Shown piece after piece: positions 48,645-58,715 of a stretch of DNA of 64,000 nt. Every line of letters starts with the position of its first letter. Within the stretch, counting starts at the first letter, position 1. The translations under genes were made by a program, and so were the position numbers. The DNA lies in the NCBI GenBank assembly GCA_963701965.1, contig OY969695.1, positions 1,824,001 through 1,888,000 on the forward strand, given 5' to 3'. Under the pieces are notes generated by a model. That model made no database searches and was not told the origin of the DNA. It saw only the letters and a program-made list of their open reading frames with translations. Source of the DNA: an uncultured Gemmatimonadales bacterium. Its GTDB lineage: Bacteria > Gemmatimonadota > Gemmatimonadetes > Gemmatimonadales > Gemmatimonadaceae.

Positions 48645-49352
48645 ATGCGGCTGATCCGTGGCCTTACGACGGGGCTCGCCTCGCTCGCGCTGCTCCCTGC
48701 CATCGGGCACGCGCAAGAGGGACGCCTGTTCAACAACTCGTGGTTCTGGGGTGTGAGCGGCGGCGTCATGACGTACTGGACGACCAACGTTGCACACGCG
48801 CAGGCGCCGACGGCTGGTATCGAGTGGTTGCTCACGCAGAAGCATACCGCCCTCTATCTGTCGTTCGACCAATCGTTCTTCAAGACCACCGGGGTGTCGT
48901 TCACCAACGTCGGGCACCAGTTCAACGACAGCACGCTCACCACGGGCAGCGACTGGGCATTCGGGCAAGCGGCCACAGTTCATAACTCACGCCAGCTGTC
49001 GGCCGCCCTTCTGGGATTCCCCGGCAGCGGCCCGATCCGGCCCTATGGCGGCGTCGGCGTCTCGTTCAACTTCGTGCAAAACGCGGTCATCAGCGGCGCG
49101 TATCCGACCTCCTCCGGGTCGCCGAGCGCCAACCCGGCGTTCTGGTTCCCCAACTTTTATCAAAACCAGTTCCTCGACCAGAGCGCGTATTGGGTGAGCC
49201 CGATGCTCATGGCCGGACTGCAGATTCAGGTGAGCCGCATCTCGATTTTCGGACAAGGCAAGGTGATGACCACCGATAGCCGACACCTGTTCAGCGACGG
49301 CGCGTTCTTCACGCTTCAGGCTGGCATTCGCTACAACGTGGCCGGGTACTAG
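48645..49352 (+). CDS. Outer-membrane beta-barrel protein
   Basis: RBS GAGG; signal peptide AHA/GHA-Q type; IRPYGGVGVSF; C-terminal QAGIRY. Confidence 0.75.
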   Translation: MRLIRGLTTGLASLALLPAIGHAQEGRLFNNSWFWGVSGGVMTYWTTNVAHAQAPTAGIEWLLTQKHTALYLSFDQSFFKTTGVSFTNVGHQFNDSTLTTGSDWAFGQAATVHNSRQLSAALLGFPGSGPIRPYGGVGVSFNFVQNAVISGAYPTSSGSPSANPAFWFPNFYQNQFLDQSAYWVSPMLMAGLQIQVSRISIFGQGKVMTTDSRHLFSDGAFFTLQAGIRYNVAGY

Positions 49353-49390
49353 GCGACGCTAACGCGCCGCTAGTAGCTGGTCGGTTGGAC

Positions 49391-49413
49391 AAGGCTCGGC
49401 TTCGCCGAGCCTT
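49391..49413. terminator. Perfect hairpin between convergent genes
   Basis: AAGGCTCGGC-TTC-GCCGAGCCTT. Confidence 0.6.
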
Positions 49414-49432
49414 CGTACACTCGGCGGGCTCC

Positions 49433-50434
49433 TCAGAGTACAGAGTCGAGCAGCTTGAGCATATTGCCGCCGAGGATATTCGCGGTCTCGGCGGCCGTGA
49501 ATCCGCGGTCGAGTAACCCCTGGGCGATGCGCGGCATCGCCCTGACGTCTTCCAGGCCGACGGGCACAAACGGGATGCCGTCGAAGTCGCTGCCCAGCCC
49601 CACATGCGCAACGCCGGCCACGCTGGCGATATGCGCGATGTGGTCGATCACGCGGGTCATGGGAACCGCCGCCGGAAATCCGGCATCGAGAAACTTCGGG
49701 TAGAAGTTCACGTTGACGACCCCACCGCCGGCGGCCACCGCCCGCAGCTGGTCGTCGGTCAGGTTCCGATGATGATCGTTGAGCGCCCGCGCGCCGGAAT
49801 GCGACGCGACGACCGGCGCCTCGCTCAGCGCCAACACATCGTCCAGCGTCGTATCCGACGCATGCGACACGTCGACGATCATGCCCAGCTGGTTCATCAC
49901 GGCGATGACATCGGCTCCAAACGGCGTCAGCCCGCCCATGCGCGTCCCCTCCAGCCCTCGCGACGACCCCGCCCAGGCGTTGCCGTTGTTCCACGTCAGC
50001 GTGAGATACCGCGCGCCGCGGGCATACAGCTCCCGGAGGCGCTCCAGGGAGTCCTCGATCGCATGCCCGCCCTCGACCGCCGCAAACACAGCGACCCGCC
50101 GCGACGCCTTCGCCTGTCGCACATGATTCGCGGTCGTCCCGAACAGGAGCTGCGCGGGATGCCGCGCCGCGAACGCCCGAATGGCGTCGAGACCGGCGAT
50201 CGCCCGGTCGAACGAGCCGTTCGGCGTCTGCTGGACATACGTCGCATCGACCCACGACGCGAAAAAGACCGCGGTGAGACCGGATTCCACGAGGCGTGGC
50301 AAGTCCGTATGCCCGACATCAGCGTGGACCACATCCGGATCGTACGCCTGGTCGAGCACCAGCGTCGCCATGTCGTTGTGCATGTCGATCACATAGGCCC
50401 GCCGGTACACATCCCACGCCGTATCAGAGATCAT
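49433..50434 (-). CDS. Membrane dipeptidase (M19)
   Basis: IDMHND, VEGGH, YLTLTWN, VDVSH, ASHS, VGLGSDFDG, ILGGN. Confidence 0.93.
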   Translation of the reverse strand: MISDTAWDVYRRAYVIDMHNDMATLVLDQAYDPDVVHADVGHTDLPRLVESGLTAVFFASWVDATYVQQTPNGSFDRAIAGLDAIRAFAARHPAQLLFGTTANHVRQAKASRRVAVFAAVEGGHAIEDSLERLRELYARGARYLTLTWNNGNAWAGSSRGLEGTRMGGLTPFGADVIAVMNQLGMIVDVSHASDTTLDDVLALSEAPVVASHSGARALNDHHRNLTDDQLRAVAAGGGVVNVNFYPKFLDAGFPAAVPMTRVIDHIAHIASVAGVAHVGLGSDFDGIPFVPVGLEDVRAMPRIAQGLLDRGFTAAETANILGGNMLKLLDSVL

Positions 50435-51024
50435 ACGACCCGCCCCGGCGACACCCACGGGTTGTCGCGGATGTAATAGCGCTGCGGCCAATCGGCCGCC
50501 TTCGTGATGCCAACCCGGGCAGAAACGCCGACGTCCGAGTCGGACACTTCCCTGCCAGCGCGAATGACCAGCGGCGGCCGCGTCAGCGGCCTGCCGCTGA
50601 ACGAAATGTCGATGCCAAACGCCGCGCACAGCTTCCCGGGACCGTTCGTGAGCGCGCGATCGTTCTTGGCGCGCGGACGGCGACGGCGCATGATGGCGAG
50701 GCCATCAAGTGGCTCGACGGCACGCACCAGCACCGCGGCACCGAGACCGACGGGCGCCGTCACCGCGTTCACACACCAGTACATGCCATAGACGAAGTAG
50801 ACGTACGCGGTCGCCGGTGGACTGAAGAGGTCACGGTTGCGGTTGGTCGGGCCCGGCGCCGCGTGGCTGGCCGGATCATCGGCCCCGAGATACGCCTCCG
50901 TCTCGACGATCCGGCCGCTGGCCACGCCCTCCGCGGTGCGACACTCGAGCACCGCGCCGAGCAGCGCGCGCGCGACGTCGGCCGAGTCACGATCGTAGAA
51001 CGACGCCGGCAGTGGAAGAGCCAC
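50431..51024 (-). CDS. DNA-3-methyladenine glycosylase (MPG/AAG)
   Basis: IVETEAY, YVYFVYGMY..NAV, AVLVRA, NGPGKL, RVGI. Confidence 0.93.
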   Translation of the reverse strand: MALPLPASFYDRDSADVARALLGAVLECRTAEGVASGRIVETEAYLGADDPASHAAPGPTNRNRDLFSPPATAYVYFVYGMYWCVNAVTAPVGLGAAVLVRAVEPLDGLAIMRRRRPRAKNDRALTNGPGKLCAAFGIDISFSGRPLTRPPLVIRAGREVSDSDVGVSARVGITKAADWPQRYYIRDNPWVSPGRVV

Positions 51025-51052
51025 GCGAAAAGCGACGCTTGAGAGCGACGCC

Positions 51053-52843
51053 TCAGGCGTCGCCCTTGGGCGCGGCTTTCCGGGCGCGCGGACGCGCGGC
51101 GCCGCTCGCGCGCGCCTTTGGCGCAGCGGCGCCCGACGCCGCCTTGGCCGTCGCCCGCTTGGTCTTCGCCGGACTCTTGCGCGCACCCCGGGCCGGCTTC
51201 TCTTCCACGGGCACCGTCTCCGCGGTGACCACGGGCTCGGGCGCCGGCTCCGGTTCCGCGACCACCGACGGTCGCCCGACATCGACGACGCCGATGCTCA
51301 GGAGATCGGGCGGCGGCGCGCCCCGCCCACCCAGCGGCGTGCGACCGCGGCCGGGACCGGCGCCGCGGGGACCCATGCCGCGCGGGGCGACCGGCGCCGT
51401 GCGCGTGGCCGGCGACTCCGCGTGTCGGGCCGCGGCCGCGAGATTGAGCTGCTCGGCCACCGGCGCGGCGCTAGCCGCGGGCGCTACCTCGAAGTCATCA
51501 CCCCGCCGGCGGAGATCCACCACGTCGGCGTCGTGCGCGTCGCGGAGAATACGGCCGAAGTTCTCCTGGCTGAGACTCGCGCTATCGCGTCCCAGGAGCG
51601 CACGGGCCTTGGCCCGGACATCATTGGCGCGCGCGGCACGGTCGTCAGTCGCCAGTGCGGCCACCGCCTCCCGCAGCAGCGAGAAGGCCTCGTCGCGCGT
51701 CAGGCGCTCGCCACTCACCCCGATGCCGTCGCTGCTACCGGTCGCTGCCGCGGGCGCGGGCGCGACGACCGGCGCCAAGACCGGCGCCACCGCCGCGGCC
51801 ATCGTCGCCGCCGCGGCGGGTCCCGGCGCCGGCAGCGCGGCGACCGGCGCCGCACGCTCGCGGTCCCGGTCGCGATCGCGATCGCGTCCCCGACCACCGC
51901 GGCGGCCGCGCCGGCTTCCGCGCTCCTCGGTCCCTTCCGTCGCCGTCTCCCGCACGGCCGGCACCGGGACGCCCTCGCGCGCCGGTTCGGCTGGCCGCAC
52001 CTGCTGCTCGCCGCCCGGCCAATGGGGCGGAGCGATCTCCAACTGTCCGGTGTCGAGCTTCGTCACCGACACCAGCCCGCGACCCGCGGCTTCGGTGACG
52101 AACCGCGAGAACTTGGACATGCCCAGGTTCTTCTCATCGAACGTGCTGTCGATGTCCTGCATGACTTGCTTGAGCCGGTCGGCGCGCATCACGTCGCCGT
52201 TGCGCTGCATGCGCTGGATGGCCTCGCTCACCAACTCCCACGGATCGCGGCGCCCGGCGGCGTCCTCGGAACCCGTGCGCACCAGTCCGGCGAGCGCGTT
52301 GTAGGAGTAGTACTCGTCGCAGTTCATGACGAGGAGATCGCTCGACGACTCCCGGATGCCGACGCCGATCACGTACTTCCCGTACTCCTTGAGCTTGATG
52401 ACCAGGGTCGAGAAGTCGGAGTCTCCCGACAGCAGGATGTAGGTGCCGATCTCGGGCCGGGTGAACACCAGCTCCAGCGCGTCGATCGCCAGCCGGATGT
52501 CCGTGGCGTTCTTTTTCGACGAGCCATACGCCGGTGCCATGATCATGTCGATCGAGGACTCGGCGAGCGGCGCGACATACTGGGGATAGCGGCGCCAGTC
52601 CGCGTAGGCGCGCCGGAGCTGCACCTTCCCCTTGATAATGTCGGACGCCAGCAGGTTGCGGAGCTCCGACTGGAGGTCCGATCGGATCCCCATGGTGACG
52701 TTGTCGAAGTCGATGAGCAACGCCGCGTTCGGGGAGTAGGTCACCGTGGCGGGGAGCAACGGGGCGGCGTGGGGTGCGATGTGGGCCGCGGGAACGGGCT
52801 TGGTGGTCGCTGGCGTGTTGTGGCGTGAAGGACGCGAATTCAT
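51053..52843 (-). CDS. NYN-domain ribonuclease with OST-HTH/LOTUS-like domains and low-complexity linkers
   Basis: LLIDFDNV, AYADW, KNATDIRLAID, SGDSDF; DSTFDEKNLGMSKF LOTUS-like motif. Confidence 0.88.
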   Translation of the reverse strand: MNSRPSRHNTPATTKPVPAAHIAPHAAPLLPATVTYSPNAALLIDFDNVTMGIRSDLQSELRNLLASDIIKGKVQLRRAYADWRRYPQYVAPLAESSIDMIMAPAYGSSKKNATDIRLAIDALELVFTRPEIGTYILLSGDSDFSTLVIKLKEYGKYVIGVGIRESSSDLLVMNCDEYYSYNALAGLVRTGSEDAAGRRDPWELVSEAIQRMQRNGDVMRADRLKQVMQDIDSTFDEKNLGMSKFSRFVTEAAGRGLVSVTKLDTGQLEIAPPHWPGGEQQVRPAEPAREGVPVPAVRETATEGTEERGSRRGRRGGRGRDRDRDRDRERAAPVAALPAPGPAAAATMAAAVAPVLAPVVAPAPAAATGSSDGIGVSGERLTRDEAFSLLREAVAALATDDRAARANDVRAKARALLGRDSASLSQENFGRILRDAHDADVVDLRRRGDDFEVAPAASAAPVAEQLNLAAAARHAESPATRTAPVAPRGMGPRGAGPGRGRTPLGGRGAPPPDLLSIGVVDVGRPSVVAEPEPAPEPVVTAETVPVEEKPARGARKSPAKTKRATAKAASGAAAPKARASGAARPRARKAAPKGDA

Positions 52844-53013
52844 GTACTCGGTTACGTTGTCGGTTGCCTCGCGACCTCACCGAGCCACGCCCGAAGGACG
52901 GCGTCGGTGAAGTACCAGCGAGAGAGGGCTCGGCGTCGGACTCACCGTCCACGGTCCAACCAGCGCGCCAACGCGCATCGGCCCGTGGGCGGGCCCAACC
53001 CGATGGTCTATAT

Positions 53014-53041
53014 ACTATAATGCAGACTGTCTACTTGCCAA
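53014..53041 (-). promoter_or_regulatory. Candidate sigma-70 promoter for the NYN gene
   Basis: Minus strand TTGGCA-16 bp-TATAGT. Confidence 0.45.
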
Positions 53042-53045
53042 CGCT

Positions 53046-54252
53046 ATGACCCGGTTCGGGTTCCGGACACGGCTCTTTCTCATCCTGTCGCTGTTCGCCA
53101 TCGTCCCGTCAGCGATCCTGACGGTCCTCTGGGGCGGGACACTCAGCACGGCGTTGCCGCTGCTGAGCGGGAGCGCGCCGTGGAACCGCGTGGCCGCGAC
53201 CGGGGCCACCGCGCTCACGGCCGTGCGGACCGCGCCGCTCACCGATGAACAGCGCGCCGCCCTGGCCGCGCACGAGCAGGAGCTGGCGCGTTCGGTCACC
53301 GAAGCACGGCGCTATGAGTTCCTCGCCGACCGGGCCGCGGAGGTCGTGGTTGGCGCGAGTATCGTCGCGCTGCTCATCCTGGCCCTCGTCGCGTCACGCG
53401 TCGCCGGGCATTTGAGCCGGCAGTTGAGCCGGCCGCTGGACGAGCTCGTCGGATGGACGGACCGGATCGCCCGCGCGCTTCCGTTGCCGGAGGGTCCGCC
53501 ACTGCGCGGCGCGCCCGAGTTTGCCGTACTCCGCGAGCGTATGCGCGGCATGGCCGCGGACCTGGAGCGCGGCCGGCAACGGGCGCTCGAAGCCGAGCGG
53601 CTCCGCGCGTTCCGCGAGACGGCGCGACAAGTGGCGCATGAGCTCAAGAACCCGCTGACGCCCATCCGGCTGGCCGTCACCCGGCTGCAACGCGAGGTGA
53701 CACCGGAGCTGGCGGAGACGGTCGACGTATTGGCGGTCGAGTCGGCGCGGTTGGAAGCCATGGCCAAGAGCTTCGCGCAATTCGGGCGTCTGCCCGAAGG
53801 GCCCGCGGCCCAAGTCGACATTGCCGAGATGGTCCGCTACGTCGCGCGGGCCACCGTCCCCGGACAAATTCCGCTGACATTGGACATTGATGAGGGGTTG
53901 CCGCTCGTCACCGGACACCACGATGCGTTGGCGCGCGCCCTGTCCAACGTCCTGCTCAATGCCGTCGACGCCTGCGCCGGACCGGGCGCCGCGGGGCGCA
54001 TCACCGTGTCGGCCGCCCGCGCCAACGGCGCGGTGCGCATTGCCGTGCGCGATACCGGCATCGGGATTCCCGCCGAGCATCTGGACCGCATTCTGGGAGC
54101 CGTACGTGACGCACAAGCCGGGAGGCACCGGCCTGGGGCTCGCCATCGCCCGGCAAACCGTCCTCGCCCACGAGGGCACGGTCGACGCCACGAGCACACC
54201 CGGACAAGGTACGGAGATCCGGCTGACGCTCCCTGTGACCCACACGACGTAG
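53046..54252 (+). CDS. HAMP sensor histidine kinase (NtrY-like); frameshift near 54091
   Basis: [26 protein letters not shown], then [16 protein letters not shown] in the shifted frame. Confidence 0.9.
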
Positions 54253-54253
54253 C

Positions 54254-55639
54254 GTGGCGACCGTCCTGATCGCGGACGACGAGCCCAACATCCGGCGCAT
54301 GGTCGGAGCGTTGCTCGCCGGCGAGGGGTATGACGTGCGTGAAGCTCCCGACGGCGCCGCGGCGGTGGCCGCGGTCGCGGCGGGAGAGCCCGACGTCGTA
54401 CTGCTCGATCTCATGATGCCGGGCGCGATCGACGGGCTGGCGGCATTGGAGCGGATGCGCGCCCTGGATATCGAGCTGCCGGTCATCATGATGAGCGGCC
54501 GCGCCGGACTCGGCGATGCGGTGCGGGCGACGAAACTGGGCGCCATCAACTTCCTGGAGAAACCCCTCTCGCCCGAGGGCATCGTCCTGGCGCTGGCTTC
54601 GGCCATGGAGCTGCGGCAGGTGCGCCGCGCCGCGCGGGCCCTGCGGGAAGAGCTGGGCCTGCGGACGCGACTCGTGGGATCGAGTCAACCGATGCAGCGC
54701 GTGGCCGAATTCATTGCCCGCGTCGCGCCCAGCGACGCGCGGGTCTTGATCACTGGCGAGTCGGGCACCGGGAAAGAGCTGGTCGCCGCGGCCATTCATC
54801 AGGCCAGCCCGCGGCGGGACCGGCCGTTCGTGCGCGTCAACTGCGCCGCGATCCCGCGCGACCTGGTCGAGAGCGAGATGTTCGGTCACGAGCGCGGCGC
54901 GTTCACGGGCGCCACGGAGCGCCGGATCGGGCGCTTCGAGCTGGCGCACACCGGCACCCTGTTTCTCGATGAGGTCGGCGACCTGGGCGCCGAGGCGCAG
55001 GCCAAGCTGCTGCGCGCCATCGAGGCCCGCGAGATCGAGCGCGTGGGCGGCGCCCGCGCCATCAAGGTCGACGTGCGCATCCTGGCGGCGACGAACAAGG
55101 ATCTGCCCCGCGCCGTGACGGCCGGGGCGTTCCGCGAGGATCTCTTGTTCCGGCTCAACGTGATTCCATTGCCGGTGCCGCCGCTGCGCGAGCGCCCGGA
55201 CGACATCCCGGCGCTGGTGCGGCATTTTGGCGTGTTGGAGCACGAGCGGACGGGGCGCGCGCCGTCGCCGTGGACCCCGGAGGCATTGGCGTTCCTCGAG
55301 CGCTACGCGTGGCCGGGCAACGTGCGCGAGCTGGCGAACATTGTGGAGCGATTGGCCATTCTGCATCCAGACGAACCGGTGAGCGTGGGGCACGTGCGCG
55401 CGGTCCTGCGCACCGGACCCGCCACGCACGCCGTGCCCACGGCCGACGGCGACGAACTGCCGGCGACACAACTGGACATCGCGCTCGCCGACACGCTCGA
55501 TGCCTATGAGCGCCTGCTCATCACCCGCGCCCTGACCGCGGCCGGGGGCAACGTCACCGCCGCCGCGCGACGACTCCAGACCGATCGCCCGAACCTCTAC
55601 CGGCGGATGCGGCGGCTCGGTATTCGCGAACCGGAATGA
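54254..55639 (+). CDS. Sigma-54-dependent response regulator (NtrX/NtrC family)
   Basis: Receiver domain, GESGTGKE, GAFTGA, FLDEVG, WPGNVREL, Fis-type HTH. Confidence 0.95.
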   Translation: MATVLIADDEPNIRRMVGALLAGEGYDVREAPDGAAAVAAVAAGEPDVVLLDLMMPGAIDGLAALERMRALDIELPVIMMSGRAGLGDAVRATKLGAINFLEKPLSPEGIVLALASAMELRQVRRAARALREELGLRTRLVGSSQPMQRVAEFIARVAPSDARVLITGESGTGKELVAAAIHQASPRRDRPFVRVNCAAIPRDLVESEMFGHERGAFTGATERRIGRFELAHTGTLFLDEVGDLGAEAQAKLLRAIEAREIERVGGARAIKVDVRILAATNKDLPRAVTAGAFREDLLFRLNVIPLPVPPLRERPDDIPALVRHFGVLEHERTGRAPSPWTPEALAFLERYAWPGNVRELANIVERLAILHPDEPVSVGHVRAVLRTGPATHAVPTADGDELPATQLDIALADTLDAYERLLITRALTAAGGNVTAAARRLQTDRPNLYRRMRRLGIREPE

Positions 55640-57384
55640 ACGGCCTCCGCGCGCTGGCGCTGTGGACATGGGCCGTGGGTCTTGGGGCGCAGGAGCCGGC
55701 GGCGCGCGACACCACGCCGCTCCCGCTCCCGCGGGAGGTCGCGGTCGAAGCGGCGGCGCGTTTCAACGCACCGACGGCCCTTCGGGTGGTCGGGCGTCTG
55801 GATATCACGTCGGACCAGGCCATCAAGGGCGACGTCGCCGTGCTCACGGGTCCGGTGACCGTCGGCGGGCACATCGGCGGGCATCTTACCGTTATCAACG
55901 GCGACCTCGAGCTCCTCGCCGGCGCGACCATCGATAGCGGAATCCTCGTCGTCGGCGGCGCCCTCCGGGCGCCGACCGACACGACCGTGCACGTCGGGGG
56001 GCCGACGCTCGTATTCGCGCAGCGGCTCCGGTATCGCCGGGACGAAAGCGAGAAACTCCTCGTCGAGGACGCCGGCGATTCGACCGAAGGGTGGTGGAAG
56101 CGATGGCTCCTCGGCCGGCGTAAACGCAACTACACCGACATCACGCTCTCGTCCGCACACACCTACAATCGCGTCGAAGGACTGCCGATCTTCATCGGTC
56201 CAGCGGCCCGGCGCGAGCTGCCGTGGGGCACGATTACGGCCGACGCGCTGGGCATCGTGCGCACGCAGAACTTCAAATGGGATGCCCAGACATTCGGCTA
56301 CCGCGTGGGCGGCAATGTGCAGACGCCGGGCAATGTGCGATTCAAGGCCGGGCTGCACGTCTATGACGAGGTCGCGCCGGTCGAGAACTGGCAGTTGGGC
56401 GATGGCGAAGTCGGCCTGGCCTCGTTCTTCTTCCGCCGCGACTATCGGGACTACTATGACCGGCACGGCGGGTCGGGATCGTTCTCGGTGCTCGACGACG
56501 CACGCGGCACGCGGACGAGTGTGACGCTCTCGTTCGCCAACGAGAACTGGGGTGCGCGCGCCGAGCACAATCCCTTTGCGCTGTTCCCCACGAACGACGA
56601 TTGGCGGCCCAATCCCACGCTCGATGACGGGACGTTCCGCCTCCTCAACCTCGTCGCCCGGCTGGATACGCGGAACAGCGTCACGGACATCTGGTCCGGC
56701 TGGTACGCGACTGCCGATCTGGAATACGGCAACGGCCACGTCGACGCGTTCGGGCCACGCAGTCCGCCATCGGAGCCGCTGACCGCGACCGGACCCAGTC
56801 CGATCCCCAGCATACCGGCCCCGGGCGACGTCGCGTATACGCGCCTTTTTCTCGACGTGCGGCGGTACAATCGCCTCGCGCCCAACGCCCAGCTCAACAT
56901 CCGGGCCGTCCTGGCCGGATGGGTGGGCGGCGATCCGTTGCCGCTGGAGCGACGCCTGTCGGTCGGCGGGCCGGGTACGATCCCCGGCTTCGATTTCCGC
57001 AGCGCGGGCGACGACGCGACGAACGTCGCCAGCTGTTCGGCGACCCACGGCGCGCCCGCGGGCACGCCCGCGGAGTGCGAGCGGATCGCGCTCCTCCAGG
57101 GCGAGTTCCGCGACGAGTTCCATTTCGGGTTCCGCGCGTTTGGCCATCGGATCGAGAGCGACGGCGCCTGGGTCTTGTTCGGCGACGCGGGGCGCGGCTG
57201 GCAGGTGGGCCCGCGCGTCGGGGCGCTCCAGTACCCGGCCGATGCGTTCCCGGCGCTGCACACGTTCATGACCGATGTCGGCGTGGGTGGCATGATCGAA
57301 CCGGTGGGGATCTATGTTGCCAAAGCGCTCTCACGCCCGGAGGAGCGGCTGCACTTCGTCATACGCGTCCGCCGCACGTTCTGA
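55636..57384 (+). CDS. Omp85/TamA-like outer-membrane protein with N-terminal beta-helix-like repeats
   Basis: Signal peptide; GDVAVLTGPVTVGGHIGG; YNRVEGL; TIPGFDF; terminal Phe. Confidence 0.7.
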   Translation: MNGLRALALWTWAVGLGAQEPAARDTTPLPLPREVAVEAAARFNAPTALRVVGRLDITSDQAIKGDVAVLTGPVTVGGHIGGHLTVINGDLELLAGATIDSGILVVGGALRAPTDTTVHVGGPTLVFAQRLRYRRDESEKLLVEDAGDSTEGWWKRWLLGRRKRNYTDITLSSAHTYNRVEGLPIFIGPAARRELPWGTITADALGIVRTQNFKWDAQTFGYRVGGNVQTPGNVRFKAGLHVYDEVAPVENWQLGDGEVGLASFFFRRDYRDYYDRHGGSGSFSVLDDARGTRTSVTLSFANENWGARAEHNPFALFPTNDDWRPNPTLDDGTFRLLNLVARLDTRNSVTDIWSGWYATADLEYGNGHVDAFGPRSPPSEPLTATGPSPIPSIPAPGDVAYTRLFLDVRRYNRLAPNAQLNIRAVLAGWVGGDPLPLERRLSVGGPGTIPGFDFRSAGDDATNVASCSATHGAPAGTPAECERIALLQGEFRDEFHFGFRAFGHRIESDGAWVLFGDAGRGWQVGPRVGALQYPADAFPALHTFMTDVGVGGMIEPVGIYVAKALSRPEERLHFVIRVRRTF

Positions 57385-58008
57385 GTGCGGCGCAGCCTGA
57401 TCGTTCTCGGTCTGGCGATCGCGGCGACGGCCGGCGCCCAGCCGGCGCCGCGCATCGAGATCGCGCCGCCCCAGAGCGACGGGCCCACGGTGCGGGGTGT
57501 CGATGTGCTCAACAACGGCACGGTCCGCGATCTCATGCGCAGTGGCTTCCCGGCCCGGCTGCACTACCACGTCGAGATGTGGGGCGCGAGCGGGATCTTC
57601 AACGGGCTCGAAGGCACGCGGGACTGGGATGTCATCGCCCGCTATGACCCGCTCTCGCACCACTATCGCGCGGCGCGCATCGTCAATGACAAGGTGACGG
57701 TGCTGGGCGACTTCGATCGCGCCGCCGGCCTGGATTCGGCCATCGCCGCGCCCTACATCGTGCCGCTGGTCCCGCGCGACGTGGGCCGCCGCTACTACTA
57801 TCAGGCGACGCTGGACGTGGATGTCATCTCGTTGAGTGATCTCGACGAAGTCGAGCGGTGGCTGCGCGGCGAGCTCCGGCCGGCGGTCCGCGGCCAACGC
57901 AACCCCGGGGGCGTCGTGGGCCGCGGCATTCGGACGCTGTTCTTGAGAATCATCGGCGCCGAGAAGCGCCACTACGAGGCGCGGACGCGGATCTTCAGGA
58001 GCGGATGA
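57385..58008 (+). CDS. Secreted hypothetical protein (DUF4390-like)
   Basis: Signal peptide; LMRSGFPARLHY, RYDPLSHHY pattern; next to an NtrY/X-like pair. Confidence 0.55.
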   Translation: MRRSLIVLGLAIAATAGAQPAPRIEIAPPQSDGPTVRGVDVLNNGTVRDLMRSGFPARLHYHVEMWGASGIFNGLEGTRDWDVIARYDPLSHHYRAARIVNDKVTVLGDFDRAAGLDSAIAAPYIVPLVPRDVGRRYYYQATLDVDVISLSDLDEVERWLRGELRPAVRGQRNPGGVVGRGIRTLFLRIIGAEKRHYEARTRIFRSG

Positions 58009-58579
58009 GCACCTGGCGGTGCTCCAGCTCCTCGAGATGATGCAGCGTCTCGGCGCCGTAGAAGAGCTTGATGTACTTCGCCTGCGTCGGCGTCAGCCGG
58101 CGCACCGCCCAGCTCAGATGCACGAAGTGCGGCTCGACCGGCGGAGCGATCGGATGCATCCCGATCTCCTCGGGCAGGCGGTTGGCTTTCCGCGTGTTGC
58201 ACGGACCGCAGGCCGTGACGACGTTGTTCCAATCGTTCGTGCCGCCGCGCGACAGCGGAATGAGATGATCGCGGGTCAGGGCTTCCCGCGGCTTGAGATC
58301 GGCCGCGGTGCGCCCGCAGTACTGGCAGCGATAGCGGTCGCGCGCGAATAGGAACGTGTTCGTCACCTGCCGGCGGAAACGGCGCGGCACGTGAATGAAC
58401 TTCATCAGGCGAATCACGACCGGCCGCGGCAGCGTCAGGCGCTCCGAGCGCACCACGCGCTCGCGGTCGGCCTCGACGATCTCCGCCTTGCCGTCGATCA
58501 CGAGCCGGAGCGCGCGCCGCATCGGAACCATGGTCAATGGCTCGAACGACGCATTCAACGCCAGGCACCCGACGATCAT
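57995..58579 (-). CDS. HNH endonuclease (McrA-like)
   Basis: LALNASFEPL, RDRYRCQYCG, TRDHLIPLSRGG..WNNVVTACGPCNTRK. Confidence 0.93.
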   Translation of the reverse strand: MIVGCLALNASFEPLTMVPMRRALRLVIDGKAEIVEADRERVVRSERLTLPRPVVIRLMKFIHVPRRFRRQVTNTFLFARDRYRCQYCGRTAADLKPREALTRDHLIPLSRGGTNDWNNVVTACGPCNTRKANRLPEEIGMHPIAPPVEPHFVHLSWAVRRLTPTQAKYIKLFYGAETLHHLEELEHRQVLIRS

Positions 58580-58597
58580 ATCTCCCCTTCCCGCATA

Positions 58598-58633
58598 CAA
58601 AAGCTCCCGCCACTAGAACAGCGGCGGGAGCTT
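58598..58633 (-). terminator. Intrinsic terminator just upstream of the HNH RBS
   Basis: Minus strand AAGCTCCCGCCGC-TGTTCTA-GTGGCGGGAGCTT-TTGT. Confidence 0.75.
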
Positions 58634-58715
58634 CGGGGCGCACCGAAGTGCACCCGGGGACGAGGCATGCCCCGTCCTGTTCTGAGCGCGTGCCTTCTGG
58701 GCGCCGCGCGTCGGC
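58598..58715 (-). ncRNA. Candidate structured leader/attenuator RNA between ilvE and the HNH gene
   Basis: Three hairpins whose G-U pairs work only on the minus strand, one cUUCGg loop, and an AGAACAG/CUGUUCU alternative pairing. Confidence 0.5.

Noticed and set aside
15313..54252. Widespread pseudogenisation or programmed frameshifting
   Set aside because: The single-base indels sit at one non-slippery motif and hit core genes, so systematic sequencing error is more likely
57995..58715. HNH plus upstream RNA as an IscB/omega-RNA system
   Set aside because: The protein is 194 aa with no PLMP or RuvC motifs and there are no transposon ends
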